Below are positions 19,520 through 29,601 of a stretch of 64,000 nucleotides of DNA, one piece after another. The notes under the pieces were generated by a model that saw only the letters and a program-made list of their open reading frames with translations, was not told where the DNA came from and searched no databases. The translations under genes were made by a program, and so were the position numbers. Origin of the DNA: a virus; the IMG/VR virus record IMGVR_UViG_3300028588_000015, positions 70,721 to 134,720 of that record; one strand, given 5' to 3'. The first letter of the stretch is position 1. Every line of letters begins with the position of its first letter.

Positions 19520-20152
19520 ATGAACAAAGGCGTTTTGATTACCCTTGAAGGTCCCGATGCTTGCGGGAAGACCACCCAATGTAACTACCTGGAAAAACTT
19601 TTAACCGACAAAGGCTATAAAGTGACTCGAAGCCGAGAACCGGGGGGAACAGAGGTGGCTGAAAAGCTTCGCGCTATCTTGCTACAAGAGTCTCTCACGC
19701 CGATGACAGAAATGTTCCTCTTCTTTGCGTGCCGCGCCGAGAATATCGAGAAAATCATTAAGCCGGCGATCAACCGTGGCGAGGTTGTGATCTTTGACCG
19801 ATTCATCGATTCATCAGTGGCATTCCAAGGGTACGGTCGGGGCCTGATGGATCAAGTATACGAATTGAAATCGATGCTGTTCGAACGAACTAAAGTACGA
19901 ATCGATCACACGCTTTTCTTCGACATCACGCAAGAAGAAAGTTTGAGGCGCTTGAAGAAGCGTAGCGGGGAAGATCGGTTTGAACTCGAAAACATGGAGT
20001 TTAAAGATCGCGTTTTTAAAGGGTATCAAGAAGTACTGGATGATGTTGGCCACCGAATCAGTAAAATTGACGCCAATGGTACGATCGAAGAAGTGAAACG
20101 CCAAATCTTTGATTGGGTAGAAAAATTCACTGAACAGTACCCACTGCTGTAA
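19520..20152 (+). CDS. tmk: Thymidylate kinase
   Basis: ITLEGPDACGKTTQ, REPGGT, DRFIDSSVAFQG, DRFE. Confidence 0.95.
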   Translation: MNKGVLITLEGPDACGKTTQCNYLEKLLTDKGYKVTRSREPGGTEVAEKLRAILLQESLTPMTEMFLFFACRAENIEKIIKPAINRGEVVIFDRFIDSSVAFQGYGRGLMDQVYELKSMLFERTKVRIDHTLFFDITQEESLRRLKKRSGEDRFELENMEFKDRVFKGYQEVLDDVGHRISKIDANGTIEEVKRQIFDWVEKFTEQYPLL

Positions 20153-20185
20153 TGGATTATTAAAAAAGACAATAAAGGAAATAAC

Positions 20186-20371
20186 ATGGGAACGTGGGTG
20201 GAAAATCCTAATGCCGATCAGGCATCTGCCAAGCAAACAGAAACTGATCGGTATCGTCGTCGGGAACAGGAATACAAACGCGATGGAAATAACAAATCGC
20301 ACCGTTCCAAAGAAGAACGCACCTCACAGCGTAAGACGGCCAAAGCGGCAAGAAAGCGTAATCGAAAATAG
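20186..20371 (+). CDS. Small basic hypothetical protein
   Basis: AAGGA RBS; KTAKAARKRNRK tail. Confidence 0.55.
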   Translation: MGTWVENPNADQASAKQTETDRYRRREQEYKRDGNNKSHRSKEERTSQRKTAKAARKRNRK

Positions 20372-20408
20372 AAAGCTCGTGTGGATATGAATTAACTAGG
20401 AGAAAAAC

Positions 20409-20621
20409 ATGAAACTATTTGTTTGGGCATCACCTTTCTTTGGTCACGACCATATCGCTGTTGTTGAGGAGACGGAGGAAAAGGCGCGCATTGCTGTCGA
20501 AAAGGGGCTTACGAAAGAAGGAACTCGTACCGTTGACGAACTCTCCGCATGGAGAGAAGGAAAGTACGAAGAACTCATTGTAAGTGAAGTGGGTGAACCA
20601 GTTTACTTTCCCAATTCGTAG
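20409..20621 (+). CDS. Small hypothetical protein
   Basis: AGGAG RBS. Confidence 0.6.
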   Translation: MKLFVWASPFFGHDHIAVVEETEEKARIAVEKGLTKEGTRTVDELSAWREGKYEELIVSEVGEPVYFPNS

Positions 20622-20636
20622 CAAAGGAGAAGAAGG

Positions 20637-21146
20637 ATGTATCGAAACCTGAGCAACGACGAGTTCTTGTTCTTCTTTGGGGCGGTCCATCCATTCTCCA
20701 ATTGGAACCAAGAAGCGAGCTTTAAGCTGCGTGGGATTGAGTTCTCGTGCGGTGAGCAAGCGATGATGGCATGGAAGGCAAAGTTCTTTAACGACCATGT
20801 TACCTTTGAAAAAATCATGCAAGCTACCCACCCGAATGAGCAGAAAAGTTTGGGACGTGGCGTCACGCCGTACAACGATGCCACCTGGGATGCGGCGCGA
20901 GACCGCATGATGTTCATTATCTGCGTGGAGCGAGCGCGCCAAATCAAGGCAGTGGATTTGGCGCTCCAGCTGTCAAGAGAAAAAGAAATCGTTGAAGCAT
21001 CGCCCTACGATAAAATCTGGGGTGTAGGATTGGGTGATTACGACGATCGCATTTTGGATCGTCGTAATTGGCGAGGTCAAAACCGACTCGGGAAAGCATG
21101 GATGCTGGCCCGGGAATTTAGAAAGAAAGAAAGGGGAATAAAATGA
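20637..21146 (+). CDS. NADAR family protein (YbiA-like)
   Basis: PFSNW, EQAMMAWKA.FF.D, KSLGR, VEASPYDKIWGVG, WRGQNRLG. Confidence 0.92.
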   Translation: MYRNLSNDEFLFFFGAVHPFSNWNQEASFKLRGIEFSCGEQAMMAWKAKFFNDHVTFEKIMQATHPNEQKSLGRGVTPYNDATWDAARDRMMFIICVERARQIKAVDLALQLSREKEIVEASPYDKIWGVGLGDYDDRILDRRNWRGQNRLGKAWMLAREFRKKERGIK

Positions 21147-21298
21147 AATTGAAGGCACGACTGGTTTACCTCCGGCACTGTCTTATCAATTTCTGGAAGG
21201 AGAAACTGCGTCGTCGGAATAACAAGAAAGAGTGGTTAGAACACTACCGTAAACAAGGCATTGTGCCAAGAAAGAAAGGAATAAGAAAATGGAAATAG
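21143..21298 (+). CDS. Small basic 51-aa protein (below the ORF track cutoff)
   Basis: ATGA overlap with the NADAR stop; GGGGA RBS. Confidence 0.4.
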   Translation: MKLKARLVYLRHCLINFWKEKLRRRNNKKEWLEHYRKQGIVPRKKGIRKWK

Positions 21299-21819
21299 CA
21301 AAGATGCTGGGACTGGAGCAAAGCCTCGGGGTATTGGCCAAGCAGCTGGAAGAAGCCACGCTGGAGCCGCCGAAGGATAAAGGAACAGCCTTTACGCTGG
21401 CCTGCGGTGAGATGCTGTACTTCGATCATGCAGTATTGAATCATACGCAACGCGCACAGATGGTCGAGAAGTACCGTTCCTTTGCGCGTGAGTTGACACA
21501 GAAAATCGAAGTCTTGGCTGCCCACCAAGTGCCGGGTATTTACATCTCGCCCCAAGGTGTATCAATCATGGACGAGGCTGTCGGCCGCTCAACGTTTCGT
21601 ATCCTCTCGCTCGATGCGCCCTACAAAGCGTGCTTCTCCCGAAAGCACGCTGTCATCGTGAAACTTTTTTATGGCGTGATGAATCGGAAAGATAAACCGC
21701 CGATCCTGATGCTTGATGTACGCGCGGAAGAATGGATGGTGGTACGACGTAAAGGTGAAGATACGGAATTCATTCCAAATGGTTTGCTCGAACGTGTGAC
21801 TGGCGCAGAGAAAGGATAA
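21289..21819 (+). CDS. Hypothetical protein
   Basis: Operon context, RBS. Confidence 0.6.
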   Translation: MEIAKMLGLEQSLGVLAKQLEEATLEPPKDKGTAFTLACGEMLYFDHAVLNHTQRAQMVEKYRSFARELTQKIEVLAAHQVPGIYISPQGVSIMDEAVGRSTFRILSLDAPYKACFSRKHAVIVKLFYGVMNRKDKPPILMLDVRAEEWMVVRRKGEDTEFIPNGLLERVTGAEKG

Positions 21820-21825
21820 AAAATC

Positions 21826-22125
21826 ATGACCTCCCTAGACAAAGCAATGTTGGGCGGCATCTTCTTCATTACTTCGGTGGCGGCCAGCTTCGTGATGGAT
21901 GCACGGAGAAGTGCCCAAGCGGCGCCACCAGAAATCAACTCGCAGGCTGCGATGGTCAATCCCAATCCGGCCCGCATCCTGAACCGCACAACAATAAAAA
22001 TTGATGGCCGACAGTACGAACAAGTAACCACGGAAAATATACCCGGACTTGTTTGCGTGACGACTGTTCATATGCACGCGTCCATAGAAGCAATGCAGCC
22101 CGCCATCAGCTGCGTCCGTTACTGA
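21826..22125 (+). CDS. Hypothetical membrane/secreted protein
   Basis: N-terminal hydrophobic helix; C-terminal CV...ISCV. Confidence 0.6.
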   Translation: MTSLDKAMLGGIFFITSVAASFVMDARRSAQAAPPEINSQAAMVNPNPARILNRTTIKIDGRQYEQVTTENIPGLVCVTTVHMHASIEAMQPAISCVRY

Positions 22126-22148
22126 ATTCAACCTAAGAAAGAACAATC

Positions 22149-23771
22149 ATGAATACCATGCACCAGTACTACGACCTCATCCGGAAAGTCATCACCGAAG
22201 GTAACATCCGTACCGACCGCACCAACACCGGTACCATTTCGTTATTCGGCCCGCAAATCGAATTCAACCTCGCCGACGGCTTCCCGCTCGACCCCAGCCG
22301 CCAAGTGTTCCTGCGCGGCGATCTGGAAGAACTCTTCTGGATGCTGCGTGGCTCGACTAACAATAACGAACTGACGGCCAAGAACGTCAACATCTGGACC
22401 CAGTGGGCAATCCGCCAAGAGCACGTAGAATACACCCAAGCCGAGCGTCTTGCCATGCTTCGCGAGAAGTTCATGCAAGACACCGGCGATGGCGCCGCTG
22501 GCCAGACGGTTTATTTGTCAACGATGGCCGAAGCGATCGATATCGACAAGATGCTCGACGGTCACGGTATTCCGAAGGAAAAATACGCCAAGGAGCAGTT
22601 GGCCATGCTCTTCCAGAAGCTAGTGGAAAAGAACGGTTCCAAGGAAATTGCTCTATCCCACTACGACGCGATGTTCAAAGGCGGTGTGAGCCAAGAGCAG
22701 TTCAACACCATCATGAAGAACTACGGCATCCCCGGCGCCCCGAAGATCGGCGCCCTCGGTCCCATTTATGGCGAGCAGTGGTGTAAGTGGCCTGACCCAG
22801 AGAAAGACGAGACCAAGTTCTTTTCAGTACCAGAGCGCGTCCAGATGGCCGAAGATTATCTGGCCAGCGGCGCGGCTGAAAAGTTCACGCAGGCAGACTT
22901 GGACAGCGTCAAGGACCAGTACCAACAATACCTCGATGAGAAAAGTAATGGCGCCACTGGCTCGACGATGGAAGAACTGCTGCACGATGACATCGATACT
23001 TGGGGTATCCCCAACAAGGTCACGCGACGTACCACCCACAACCAAATCGCCAAGCTGATCGAGGACCTAAAGAAGCGACCCAATTCGCGGCGTCACATTG
23101 TCTCGACCTGGAACGTACCCTACCTGCCGGACGAATCGCTGTCGCCCCAGCAGAACATCATGCGTGGTAAAATGGCACTGGCGCCATGTCACACCCTCTT
23201 CCAGTATTACGTGGAAGGACGCGCGTCCATGGAAATGTGTAAGGAACTTACGACAGAGCAACTGGACGAGTACATGCAATATTGCAGAGAAAACGAGCTA
23301 GAAGTTCATGCTTTCCAATCGGATCAGCGCGGGTTTATCGACGATCCGAAGTACTGGGAAGTAATTTTCAATTTCGACAAGAAGAAGTTGGTCAATGACT
23401 GGTTCAAAGAACGTGGCATCAAAACCCAGAAGCTGTCCTGCAAGTTGTACCAGCGTTCGTGCGATCTCCTCGTCGGTGGCGCCTTTAACATTGCCGCCTA
23501 TGCTGCACAAACCATGATGGTCGCCCAGTGCGTCGACATGGTCCCGGGCCGGTTCATCCATACATTCGGCGACGTCCACATCTACAAGGACCACATGTTG
23601 CCTAACTCGGATGGCGACTCTGTGTTCACGCAGTTGGAACGTGAAGTGCGCGCGATGCCGGTCCTCTTGATTAACCCGGAAGTGAAAGACATCTTCGCCT
23701 TCAAGTACGAAGACTTCAAGTTGACCGATTATAACCCCCACAAAAAGATCAACTACAAAGTCGCGGTTTAA
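22149..23771 (+). CDS. thyA: Thymidylate synthase with three large insertions
   Basis: DRTNTGT, ELFWMLRG, LGPIYG.QW, SRRHIV, MALAPCH, YQRSCD, FNIAAY, GDVHIY. Confidence 0.95.
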   Translation: MNTMHQYYDLIRKVITEGNIRTDRTNTGTISLFGPQIEFNLADGFPLDPSRQVFLRGDLEELFWMLRGSTNNNELTAKNVNIWTQWAIRQEHVEYTQAERLAMLREKFMQDTGDGAAGQTVYLSTMAEAIDIDKMLDGHGIPKEKYAKEQLAMLFQKLVEKNGSKEIALSHYDAMFKGGVSQEQFNTIMKNYGIPGAPKIGALGPIYGEQWCKWPDPEKDETKFFSVPERVQMAEDYLASGAAEKFTQADLDSVKDQYQQYLDEKSNGATGSTMEELLHDDIDTWGIPNKVTRRTTHNQIAKLIEDLKKRPNSRRHIVSTWNVPYLPDESLSPQQNIMRGKMALAPCHTLFQYYVEGRASMEMCKELTTEQLDEYMQYCRENELEVHAFQSDQRGFIDDPKYWEVIFNFDKKKLVNDWFKERGIKTQKLSCKLYQRSCDLLVGGAFNIAAYAAQTMMVAQCVDMVPGRFIHTFGDVHIYKDHMLPNSDGDSVFTQLEREVRAMPVLLINPEVKDIFAFKYEDFKLTDYNPHKKINYKVAV

Positions 23772-23820
23772 CAACAAGAGCCACCTTCAGGGGTGGCTTC
23801 CTTTGCCCAAGAAAGTACGT

Positions 23821-24042
23821 ATGAAATTCAATAACATTGTTGTAATCGCAATCGTGGCACTTTGTTTTATTGGTCTTCTTGGTATTGTTATGGACCACTG
23901 GAGTAAAGTGGATGCGGATAACAATGCCTTTGCCAAAGAATGTAACGACCGTGGCGGCTACGCCGAGTTTGACGCATCGGCGCGCCAATGTTTGTTCTAT
24001 AGTGGCGAAGGCTCGGTTAAAATCGAGGTGAAAGTAACATGA
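23821..24042 (+). CDS. Small membrane protein
   Basis: TM helix plus C...GG...C. Confidence 0.55.
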   Translation: MKFNNIVVIAIVALCFIGLLGIVMDHWSKVDADNNAFAKECNDRGGYAEFDASARQCLFYSGEGSVKIEVKVT

Positions 24043-24545
24043 AACAGGTAACACTCATTGCCGCATTGGATTCCTGCGGCGGCATCGGCTTCAATAACAA
24101 ACTTCCTTGGCGCATCCCCGCAGACTTAAAGTACTTCAAGGAAAAGACAGTCGGGGAGACGGTGATCATGGGCCGCAAGACCTATGAATCGATCGGCAAG
24201 CCGCTGCCGAATCGCCACAACATCGTCTTGACCCGCAACTGGGTGGACTACTACACCGATAAAGGCGTCAGTACGGCGTCGTCGATTAAAGAAGCGATTT
24301 TGATGGCAGCGCTTGACACATCGGTATTCATCATCGGCGGCGGCGAAGTGTATCAGGAAGCATTGCCACTCGCTAATCACATGCTGCTCACGCACATCAA
24401 AGGCGATTTCAATTGCGATACCTTCTTCCCCAAGTTCAATCCAGGGGAATGGAATTGCTGGGAGCAAGCCGAAGAAGTGTGTGGGCGGTCCGGCCTGACG
24501 TATTCCTTTCAAACCTACATGCGTAAACCGGGGATGGTGCGCTAA
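24039..24545 (+). CDS. folA: Dihydrofolate reductase
   Basis: IG..NKLPW.IPADLKYFK, IMGRKTYESIG.PLPNR, IIGGG, DTFFP. Confidence 0.96.
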   Translation: MKQVTLIAALDSCGGIGFNNKLPWRIPADLKYFKEKTVGETVIMGRKTYESIGKPLPNRHNIVLTRNWVDYYTDKGVSTASSIKEAILMAALDTSVFIIGGGEVYQEALPLANHMLLTHIKGDFNCDTFFPKFNPGEWNCWEQAEEVCGRSGLTYSFQTYMRKPGMVR

Positions 24546-24833
24546 ATGAAAACCGATAATTCAATCAGGGAAGCCGTTGCCGGCATTATCAAAAACAGCG
24601 TAAAGCATCCTTACTATGCGGCCGGTGTCGAGGCTGCGAATGTCTGGCAGCTTCTGGGGCAGGGAAAACCGATGATCCCAGAAGACGATACGATTCGTCT
24701 CGGCCTAGATGCAATCAACCGCGACGTGTATCTGTCGTTTGCTGAAGTTTTCAACTACCGTTGCACGATCGCCAAAGAAGTCGAACCGGGCGTGGATGCG
24801 TGGCGTTTCTCCAAGCACCCGAATGCATCGTGA
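24546..24833 (+). CDS. Hypothetical protein
   Basis: Abuts the folA stop. Confidence 0.55.
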   Translation: MKTDNSIREAVAGIIKNSVKHPYYAAGVEAANVWQLLGQGKPMIPEDDTIRLGLDAINRDVYLSFAEVFNYRCTIAKEVEPGVDAWRFSKHPNAS

Positions 24834-24891
24834 GTGTTGTCCGCTACCGTGAGGGTAGCGGATTCTTTCTATTTTTTCCGTGGAGTTAAGA

Positions 24892-25323
24892 ATGGACATT
24901 AACAATGAACCCACCTCGTGCCATTATTACAGCAAAGCGCAAGTACAAAACTTGAAGGATGCATGGCAGACGATGCGTACTATTCCATCGATTGCCGATC
25001 AAGCTAACCCGTTTTCGGCATCGCGGTTTAAGCTAGGGGAAACGGTAAAGAAGTGGTTCTTTACAAGCGCGGGTCACCACGCTGCATTGGGTGTTATCAT
25101 TGAAGTCGATCTGATCGATTGCGGACATCAAGACATCATTGCTTATAAAATCGCTTTCCCTGTCGAAGACAGTGACGTTTACTTGATGAGCCCGAATTTC
25201 ATTGCACACATCAGTCCAGCAGACACCACTGCGCCTGAGTACCCGTATTACGCGTGGCCGCTGGAAGTGGTCAAAGATCGCACTCCAAAAATCAAAGGCA
25301 GTCACCTGTCGCTGGTAAAATAG
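24892..25323 (+). CDS. Hypothetical protein
   Basis: GGAG RBS. Confidence 0.55.
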   Translation: MDINNEPTSCHYYSKAQVQNLKDAWQTMRTIPSIADQANPFSASRFKLGETVKKWFFTSAGHHAALGVIIEVDLIDCGHQDIIAYKIAFPVEDSDVYLMSPNFIAHISPADTTAPEYPYYAWPLEVVKDRTPKIKGSHLSLVK

Positions 25324-25398
25324 TTTCTGTTGTAAAAAATTAAATGTTCAAGAACTTGTATGAAAGTCCCTATTAACCACAACAACTAAGGATGTCCT

Positions 25399-25983
25399 AT
25401 GCAATTCGCTATCGCTCGTCGTAACCGCAACATTGCAGTGGTACTTTATTTCGTATCGTTGGCGGCCCTGTTGTTCGCCAGCTATCAGGACCGGTCGATG
25501 TCGCACAATGTGGAGATCGCTCTCGTCGGCCACATCGCGGCGGTTATCCTCTTGATTGCGGCCATACGCATGCACGCTATCGGTGAAGCGACCGAAGCTG
25601 GTCAGAACATCATCGCGTACACTTTCGGTGAACAAAACGAGGTGCGCATCCTCGTAGGCACTGCCTGCGGCTTCATCAACCGTTTCCAAGGCGCAGCCGA
25701 GGAAAGCGTACAGTACTTGGCGATGAAAGGGCGTGATGGCTTGATCTACGCCGCAGGCAGTGCCCTGCTGCACGAGCATATGCGCCAATATGTCAATGGC
25801 TTGAACCCGGGTCCGATCCGCAGCTACGGGTGGCTGACCAACACCGGACGATACATCGACAACGGCACCGCATGGGAACTTGCAGTGGACGCCGGTCAAT
25901 TGCAAGGTACAAACGGTGACGCCGAAGGCGTGCTCTCGCCATTGCATCTCTGGCCCCAACTCTATCAACAAAAGACTGCATAA
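25399..25983 (+). CDS. Membrane-anchored phage protein
   Basis: Two TM helices plus GWLTNTGRYID...A...A..AGQ, a motif common in small phage proteins. Confidence 0.6.
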   Translation: MQFAIARRNRNIAVVLYFVSLAALLFASYQDRSMSHNVEIALVGHIAAVILLIAAIRMHAIGEATEAGQNIIAYTFGEQNEVRILVGTACGFINRFQGAAEESVQYLAMKGRDGLIYAAGSALLHEHMRQYVNGLNPGPIRSYGWLTNTGRYIDNGTAWELAVDAGQLQGTNGDAEGVLSPLHLWPQLYQQKTA

Positions 25984-25986
25984 ACT

Positions 25987-26106
25987 ATGTACTACCCTGC
26001 TGTTAGACTCATTCTGGTTTTCCTGTTGGCAACGCTTTGTGCGTGGTTCTATCACGAATATGCACAAGAAGAAGGCACTAACAGGGGCCGTTTGGTGCAG
26101 CGATAA
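25987..26106 (+). CDS. 39-aa membrane peptide
   Basis: MYYPAVRLILVFLLATLCAWF...; ends just before a hairpin. Confidence 0.4.
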   Translation: MYYPAVRLILVFLLATLCAWFYHEYAQEEGTNRGRLVQR

Positions 26107-26192
26107 CGGCCACCCTTCGGGGTGGCTTTTATGCTGCATTTTTTACTAGGTTGCTACACTTCTATGTGCACCTTTATCCACTAGGAACTATC

Positions 26193-26768
26193 ATGCAAAA
26201 TCAAGCCAGCATCACCATCGAAACCGACGAGTTCAAATTTGACATGGACGACCGTGCATTCTACGAGAAGCACATCTTTTCGCGCTATGCGCCGGCCTTC
26301 GCCAAGGCAGCCAAACTGATGCGGGAGACGATCGAGGTCGCCGAGATGCAACCGAAGTTCAGCGTGCAGGCCGCGCTGGCTGCAAACAAGGAAGGTGTCG
26401 GGGAAAACTACACTGTGTACTTCAAGCGCGATATGCCAGCCACTGCGCTCTTGTCTGTCGGCATCCAGCAAACCGGCGATTCCTCTGACGACGGTGAAGT
26501 CTATCTGTCGAAAGAGAATGCACTGGCCAAGTTCGATGAATTCGTTGTAAAACACCACGGCATGGCACTGGTCTCGCAAGACGGTATCGACAGCGTCGAG
26601 TTTGTTTCGCTGGCGCACAAGGTGCGGGTGTTCATGCGCCTGATCGATGAACGCAGCTGCATGATCGCGTGCGCGGTCGACCTCGATGAAAATGAACCCT
26701 CGGTCACGGTGAGTTTCGATTTCGAGGAACCAGGCGCGCTCATCGTGTTTACCCTCTACGCTCGTTAA
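26193..26768 (+). CDS. Hypothetical protein (monocistronic, between two hairpins)
   Basis: AGGA RBS; strong codon bias. Confidence 0.65.
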   Translation: MQNQASITIETDEFKFDMDDRAFYEKHIFSRYAPAFAKAAKLMRETIEVAEMQPKFSVQAALAANKEGVGENYTVYFKRDMPATALLSVGIQQTGDSSDDGEVYLSKENALAKFDEFVVKHHGMALVSQDGIDSVEFVSLAHKVRVFMRLIDERSCMIACAVDLDENEPSVTVSFDFEEPGALIVFTLYAR

Positions 26769-26859
26769 GGCAACTGCCCCGCCTTCGGGTGGGGTTTTTA
26801 TGCTTGGTTTTTTACTGAGGTAGCACTGGGTATAGACATTTACCACAGGAACTTTCGCG

Positions 26860-28086
26860 ATGAGTCATAAAAAACCAAGTGCTGAGCAATACCGTCAACT
26901 CGCCGGTGAGATTTATAAAGAAGCATCAACGGTCAATAACTTGGCACAGGTAATGTCGACCAAGTTCTCCCAAGCACTGCTGATGATCGCCACCAATTTG
27001 CCGGTAGAAGGGCGCCAGGCGTTGATGGCCTTACACGAAGAGTTCCTGATCGAGATGGACCCGTTCCGTGCGCACGAACGCTTGTCTTTCGACGAAGCTT
27101 TCTCGGGTCACGGCACGCTTGCCAGTTATCTGCGTGAAAAGACCGATCTGAGTAAGATCGCCCCGCTCTATCCCGAGCATAACGGGGAAACTATCCTCGA
27201 TGCAATCCGCGCCGATTTGGTCGATTTCGATTACGGCCTGTATCAGGACGAGAAAGAAATTGAAGAGTTCAAAGCATTCTTGTCGGATTTGCATAAGAAC
27301 GCACATGAAATCATGCCGCCGTTTTTCAATAAGTGCGATGACTTCCGTGGGTTTCTGGGTGTATGCAATCAGGAAAAGATGGTCAATATTGAAAAGGAAT
27401 ACGCATCGGGTTTTTATGAGGACACCGCGCGACCATGCCATCTCGATGGTTCGTTCCCTTGGATTCTCTTCATCAAGAAGACCTTCTTCCCGCGAAGTAA
27501 ACATGCGGTCCATGCAGTACTCCTCTTGCGGCAAGGTTGGGCGCCGCAAGTGCTTATCCAACACCCGTTGGAAGATTGCTGGTATGAATGGGATCAGTGT
27601 CATTTGATTCCGGGCATGACGGAAGCACTGCTGCGTGAATACACCTTCATCAGTATTCCGCTGATGAGCACTTCCGAACGGGGTTGGGATTTCGAAGCCT
27701 TATTGGCCCAGATCAAGAAAGACAATGGCGCCCGCCTACGCCAGCACGCTGTTTTACCGAAATCGCAGATCATGTTTCAACGCGCTGCGGACAAACCGAA
27801 GCCGGTGTTTGGCGACTTTATGTTTGTCGACGGCAGCGCGCGACTGACTGTTACCGCAGGTAACGTCTGCCTTGTTATTTACTGCTCCGAAGTCAATGGG
27901 CAGTGGGGAGAGGAAATTCGTTTTATCCGCCCGCAAAATCCGAACTGCCTTATCAGTATCCCCGTGGACTTGAAGGACATCCCACTTCAACAGCAGCGCG
28001 TCTTGGTCCAACGCGCGTTCCACGCCATCGAGCGCAAGAACCAGCTGATTATCCAACACCAACAGAAAGAAAAGGAATCCACATGA
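26860..28086 (+). CDS. Hypothetical protein
   Basis: 408-aa ORF, AGGA RBS. Confidence 0.65.
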   Translation: MSHKKPSAEQYRQLAGEIYKEASTVNNLAQVMSTKFSQALLMIATNLPVEGRQALMALHEEFLIEMDPFRAHERLSFDEAFSGHGTLASYLREKTDLSKIAPLYPEHNGETILDAIRADLVDFDYGLYQDEKEIEEFKAFLSDLHKNAHEIMPPFFNKCDDFRGFLGVCNQEKMVNIEKEYASGFYEDTARPCHLDGSFPWILFIKKTFFPRSKHAVHAVLLLRQGWAPQVLIQHPLEDCWYEWDQCHLIPGMTEALLREYTFISIPLMSTSERGWDFEALLAQIKKDNGARLRQHAVLPKSQIMFQRAADKPKPVFGDFMFVDGSARLTVTAGNVCLVIYCSEVNGQWGEEIRFIRPQNPNCLISIPVDLKDIPLQQQRVLVQRAFHAIERKNQLIIQHQQKEKEST

Positions 28087-29543
28087 AAGTTAACTACGAT
28101 ATCAATAAGAAGCACCCGCAATCCATCCTGGGCTTTTTCAGCCAGTACTTCGAAGGCCGTTTTCATAACGGCTTGACCGAGTACCCGTACGAGCGGTTCT
28201 TGGAAGAGGTGTATCCCTACCATCTCACGGCCGAGCGCAACATGCTGGAAAACTGGGATGGCGTGCGTCAAGCGCTGCCCTGCGTAGCGATCCGACAGAA
28301 ACGTCCGAACGGCGAAACGCAGTACTGGGGTTTCCGCCGCACTGACAAGGTCGGCGAGGCCCGCATCGCCGGCATGGTGGCCTGCTTCTGGGGTGGTCAC
28401 GTCGATGCTGTCGACGTATCGTTTAACGACAAGTCGGTTCTCGCGCTGGATCTTACGCTCAAGGTTGGCCGTGACCGTGAACAAGGTGAAGAATACCGCA
28501 TCTTCCGTGAAGCCTCGCCCTTCGAGAAAGACTGGTCGATCAAGCTACCACTGACGCCAGCCAACCAATTCATCGCCAACAGTACGGTTGAAGTCGATCG
28601 GCACCACGTGGCAATCATCTATACGGTCGACCTGCCGGAAGACCACGCGGTCGAAGTGCGCGAAGACGAACTGGAAGACGTGCCGCCGATGACGGCGCAA
28701 GAAGCTCTCGACGCGCACGAAGCCGGCCAGTTCGAACTGGAAAGCTGGGCGCTGATCTACTTCCGCCACGTGCGTGCCAAGGAACTGCTCGACTCTGGCG
28801 CCGTAGTCGCTATCGACCCCGTACCCGAGCGGCTGGCGGACGTTTCTCTGACCCCTTACAAGCGTAGTATCGCCGGCATCGTGAAAGACGGCGAGATCAG
28901 CGAGGCCGATAAAGCGCAGGGCTACAGCTGGCCTGTCAAAATCCAATTCGGCCAAGCTACCGACTGGGACCATGGCCCGTTGTACGACGCTTACGTAGCG
29001 CGCCGTGGCAAGAACTGGGACGAGTTTAAGCGCAAGGTGATCCTGATGTTCGGCATCGAAGGCAGCAAGAAAGTCTGGGAAACACCGGAAGACACGAATG
29101 CAACGGCACTCTTTCCGGCCGAGGCAGAAGCGTACCGAATGCTGTTCCGCTCGGCGGGTGTTGAACACACAGTCGGTCAGATGCTGACGGTACTTGACCT
29201 CTTGGCGATGGACACGGTCAAAGCAATGACCCTCATCCATGTGCAGTTCGACGCCGACATGAATATCGTCGATGGCCCGTACAAGCTCGTCAACGGCGAA
29301 AAGGTGCCCCATAAGTCGGTCGCTCTCGAAAGACCGCCGCAGGTGGTCCATGAAGAAGGTGGTGACGAGGATCTGGCAGCACATACCCGCCAAGCGGCCG
29401 AAGCATGGTTCAGCGGCATCGATCATCCAGACATCGTTGAAATCCGCGAAGCCGTGATCGCCAAAATCTTGGAAAAGCAGCGGCTACAAGAATCCAAACC
29501 GGACGCATGGGATAACTTCAAGCCCAGCAAGTCAGTCGAATAA
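28083..29543 (+). CDS. NUDIX/MutT-type phosphoesterase domain fused to an unknown C-terminal domain
   Basis: RQALPC...RR..KVGEARI......GGHVD...REQGEE...V.RHH.. pattern of COG4112-type NUDIX proteins. Confidence 0.7.
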   Translation: MKVNYDINKKHPQSILGFFSQYFEGRFHNGLTEYPYERFLEEVYPYHLTAERNMLENWDGVRQALPCVAIRQKRPNGETQYWGFRRTDKVGEARIAGMVACFWGGHVDAVDVSFNDKSVLALDLTLKVGRDREQGEEYRIFREASPFEKDWSIKLPLTPANQFIANSTVEVDRHHVAIIYTVDLPEDHAVEVREDELEDVPPMTAQEALDAHEAGQFELESWALIYFRHVRAKELLDSGAVVAIDPVPERLADVSLTPYKRSIAGIVKDGEISEADKAQGYSWPVKIQFGQATDWDHGPLYDAYVARRGKNWDEFKRKVILMFGIEGSKKVWETPEDTNATALFPAEAEAYRMLFRSAGVEHTVGQMLTVLDLLAMDTVKAMTLIHVQFDADMNIVDGPYKLVNGEKVPHKSVALERPPQVVHEEGGDEDLAAHTRQAAEAWFSGIDHPDIVEIREAVIAKILEKQRLQESKPDAWDNFKPSKSVE

Positions 29544-29601
29544 ACTATCGGCATAAAACCGCTACCTTCGGGTAGCGGGTATTGACTAGGAAAAAATAAG
29601 A

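Noticed and set aside
22425..23430. Inteins or introns in thyA
   Set aside because: Frame is continuous; inserts lack N-terminal Cys/Ser and C-terminal HN intein ends and endonuclease motifs.
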